Shown here: one piece after another, positions 51,000 through 53,339 of the stretch | Position numbering within the stretch: the stretch's first letter is position 1 | Layout: each line of letters opens with the position of its first letter | Position numbers and translations under genes: made by a program | Assembly: GCF_001194135.2 (NCBI RefSeq) | Contig: NC_068982.1 | Coordinates: 153,440,843-153,494,181 of the forward strand | Direction of reading: 5' to 3' | Length of the DNA: 53,339 nt | DNA from: Octopus bimaculoides | Lineage: Eukaryota | The notes under the pieces: generated by a model | The model's database searches: none | Seen by the model: the letters and a program-made list of their open reading frames with translations, nothing else | Told to the model about the DNA's origin: nothing

Positions 51000-52416
51000 C
51001 TCAGAGTCTGGTTCGGTTCGGAACTCCAAATGGACAAAAACTGGGACGAGGTAACGAGCAAGAAATGGGCCGAGAGAAAGCTATCCCTGAATGGTCGGGC
51101 AGAGGTGGCTAACGCGTATATCGCGTCCGTCATCTACTATCATTTGACCGTCGTGCCTTGTCCCAGCCAACGTCTGGTTACGCTGGAGCATATACTCTTC
51201 CGCTTCTTGTGGTCAGGCGGTTTATCTGCTGTCAGCACTCGCTGCCTGGTGGACTGGGCATGACGTGGTTGATAGTACGCAGGCATGCGCTGAGACTACA
51301 TCTCCAGTGCTTCCTTGACGGTGAACAGATGTGGTCGCCGTTCGCCAGATACGCATTTCCACAGCTAGTTTCCTAAACGGAGCTGCAGTGCTGGGTAGAA
51401 CAGAGACCGAAGGGGAGCTTTTGGAAAGTGGAATGTCTTCAAGCGCTCACAGCCCTCAGTCAATCGGACAGTGAAATAGGTGAAACGTCCAATTTAGCTT
51501 TTTATAAAGGATTAGTGGAGGAAAAGTGTAGCGACNNNNNNNNNNNNNNNNNNNNNNNNNNNNNNNNNNNNNNNNNNNNNNNNNNNNNNNNNNNNNNNNN
51601 NNNNNNNTCCGAGCCGGGACCGATGGATAATTTTAAAAAATCCCAAGCCTGGCAGTGCTACCGAGGAGCTTTGTCTGTTTCAGATAAACTGTACAGCCAC
51701 GGAAGTGTCGTCAGCCGAGCGTGTCTGAGATGCGTGCAGGACGACGAGACGGTTCTCTATACACTCGTCCAGTGCCGGGCATTGCTGACCTGTGGGTTTA
51801 TGTCGAACACTTGCTGTTGCGTGTGGGACGGACCCGGCTCTCAACTGAATTCATCGTGAAGATCGACCCGTCGCCTTCCTTAACGGGGAAGGAAAGGCTG
51901 TTCTTATATGCCTGGTGGCCTTGGCGAAAGAAATTGTGTGGTGGACGAGATTAAAGGAGCTGAGGAAAAACACTTTTCTCTTTGGCCAATCCCTGATGAA
52001 CTTCATCAAGTTTCACTTAAAAAGGAAAATACAAATAGAAAGAGATGTGTTGTCTTCTAGTCAGTTTGCTGAAAGGTGGAATAAAAAGGGGCGAGAATGG
52101 TACGAGTGAACGGGCCAGCCCTGTGCATAGCGCCTGTAGTTGGAAAGAGGAAAAGAAACGAAAAAAGTACCTGCCCCAAAAGTCAAGTTACCCATAGTTT
52201 TTATGGGGTTTTTCCATGAGCAGCTCTCGAACATATCCTCCCTAATGACGATTACACATTGTTGATCTTTTTTTTAACAATTTTATTAGATTTGTTTACA
52301 CGCAAAACCCTCACAACTACTACATCCGCTCACACATGAACACAATAATTTTTTTGTTTTGTCCTGTACTGTACATGATATTTTTCTTCATGTAAACCTT
52401 CGTGGCTAATAAAGAA

Positions 52417-52417
<1 letters not shown>
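51000..52417 (+). mobile_element. Tx1/L1-type LINE, 5'-truncated 3' part with AATAAA and (ATT)n tail
   Basis: VWFGSELQMDKNWDEV..KWAERKLSLNGRAEVANAYIASVIYYHLTVVPCP..LFRFLW, GGLG, CCHC-type CLRCVQDDETV..LVQC, CLVALAKEIVWWTRLK, FAERW; AATAAA at 52408-52413. Confidence 0.88.

Positions 52418-52470
<53 letters not shown>
52418..52470. repeat. (ATT)n microsatellite (Tx1 tail, also Dong target)
   Basis: Read directly. Confidence 0.98.
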
Positions 52471-53066
52471 TTATTCTTTTTTATTCTTCCCTTTTCACAG
52501 CTTCTAAAGCTGGAGATATACTACGGTGTCATTGGTTCTCTACCAGCGAACTAAGGTAACACCCCTTATTTTTCAAGCACCTTCCGGAGTATTCGAGCGG
52601 TTACATTCAGTGCTGTTTTCAGGGCTCCGACAAATATTTGTACTACTACCACCTTTTTCAGCGACCACAACTGCTTAACCCCCACTCCCAAGCTAACCTG
52701 TCATATCTATTGAATTTTCTTTCTTCCTTATCGCATACCTTGTTATCAGCTGGGCATTCTATATCTATGACCCAGCATAGTTTACTTTCTTTCTCAATTA
52801 GCGCTATGTCTGGTCTCCTATCCTATAACTCCTTGTCGCAGTGAATCATAAAATCCCATAAGATCTTTGCATTATCATTTTCCATGATAATGTGTTTATG
52901 GTCGTACCAATTTTTTGCTCTGTCAAGTCCATACTTGTTGCAAAGTGTCCAATGGCCAAGCCTTGCTATATTGTCGTGGCATCTCTTATATTCCTTCTGG
53001 GTTAGTGGCGTACATTGACGCCTAATATGCCATACGGTTTCACCATTTTGTCCACAAATTCTGCAC

Positions 53067-53067
<1 letters not shown>
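52471..53067 (-). mobile_element. R4/Dong-clade LINE, 5'-truncated (CCHC, RLE, 3' UTR)
   Basis: Minus strand: KCRICGQNGETVWHI..CTPLTQKEYKRCHDNIAR..HWTLCNKYGL..KILWDF..RRPDIALIEKESKLCWVIDIECPAD..TARILRKVLE. Confidence 0.93.

Positions 53068-53129
<62 letters not shown>
53068..53129. repeat. (ATT)n microsatellite between two Dong copies
   Basis: Read directly. Confidence 0.98.
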
Positions 53130-53339
53130 GTTCAGTAATTTTATTTTTATAACGTGCTTTCACTTCACTACCGAGCGCAGCTCTGTGCGCCTTGGGTATG
53201 TGCTGTGGTTTGCTGTGATGCTCTTATGTTTACTGTATTGAAAGTGTTTTGCGTAGAATGTGTGCAGTACCCAGTAGTGCAATTTTCTGTATGTTATATA
53301 TATTTGTAAGTCATGGTGTTTTTGTTATGTATTTGTCTG
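53130..53339 (-). mobile_element. 3' end of another R4/Dong-clade LINE subfamily, cut by the window edge
   Basis: Minus strand: LTNIYNIQKIALLGTAHILRKTLSIQ*, followed by a 3' UTR ending in (AAT)n. Confidence 0.88.

Overview
AT-rich, repeat-saturated animal genomic DNA with 10 assembly gaps, nearly all beside (TA)n or other simple repeats. The SINE families and microsatellite density are most consistent with an octopus or other coleoid cephalopod; this is recognition from sequence style, not a database result. There is no intact protein-coding gene, rRNA, true tRNA or CRISPR array. Every supplied ORF is low-complexity, N-spanning or a transposon fossil, and only weak orphan exon candidates remain. 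The window holds: a decayed near-full-length Penelope-like element (RT plus GIY-YIG, direct terminal repeats, 6.1-10.2 kb); four R4/Dong-type RLE LINE pieces, each abutting (TAA)n; two Tx1/L1-type LINE 3' fragments; a maT-type (DD37D-like) transposase fossil back-to-back with a Gypsy RT-RNaseH fossil; a hAT fossil; a mariner MITE; a 420-bp foldback; a Lep1/DINE-like element; and about 17 SINE or SINE-like copies from 5 families. The most interesting signal is a set of 7-8 hammerhead-ribozyme-like motifs from at least four unrelated repeat families. They include an A3-U8 compensatory core swap shared by both Penelope terminal repeats, and a two-copy family whose consensus rebuilds a canonical core with a covarying palindromic stem III. 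Second is a hierarchy in which Dong-like LINEs insert antisense into the (ATT)n tails of other retroelements. Boundaries were set by eye and may be off by 10-20 bp.
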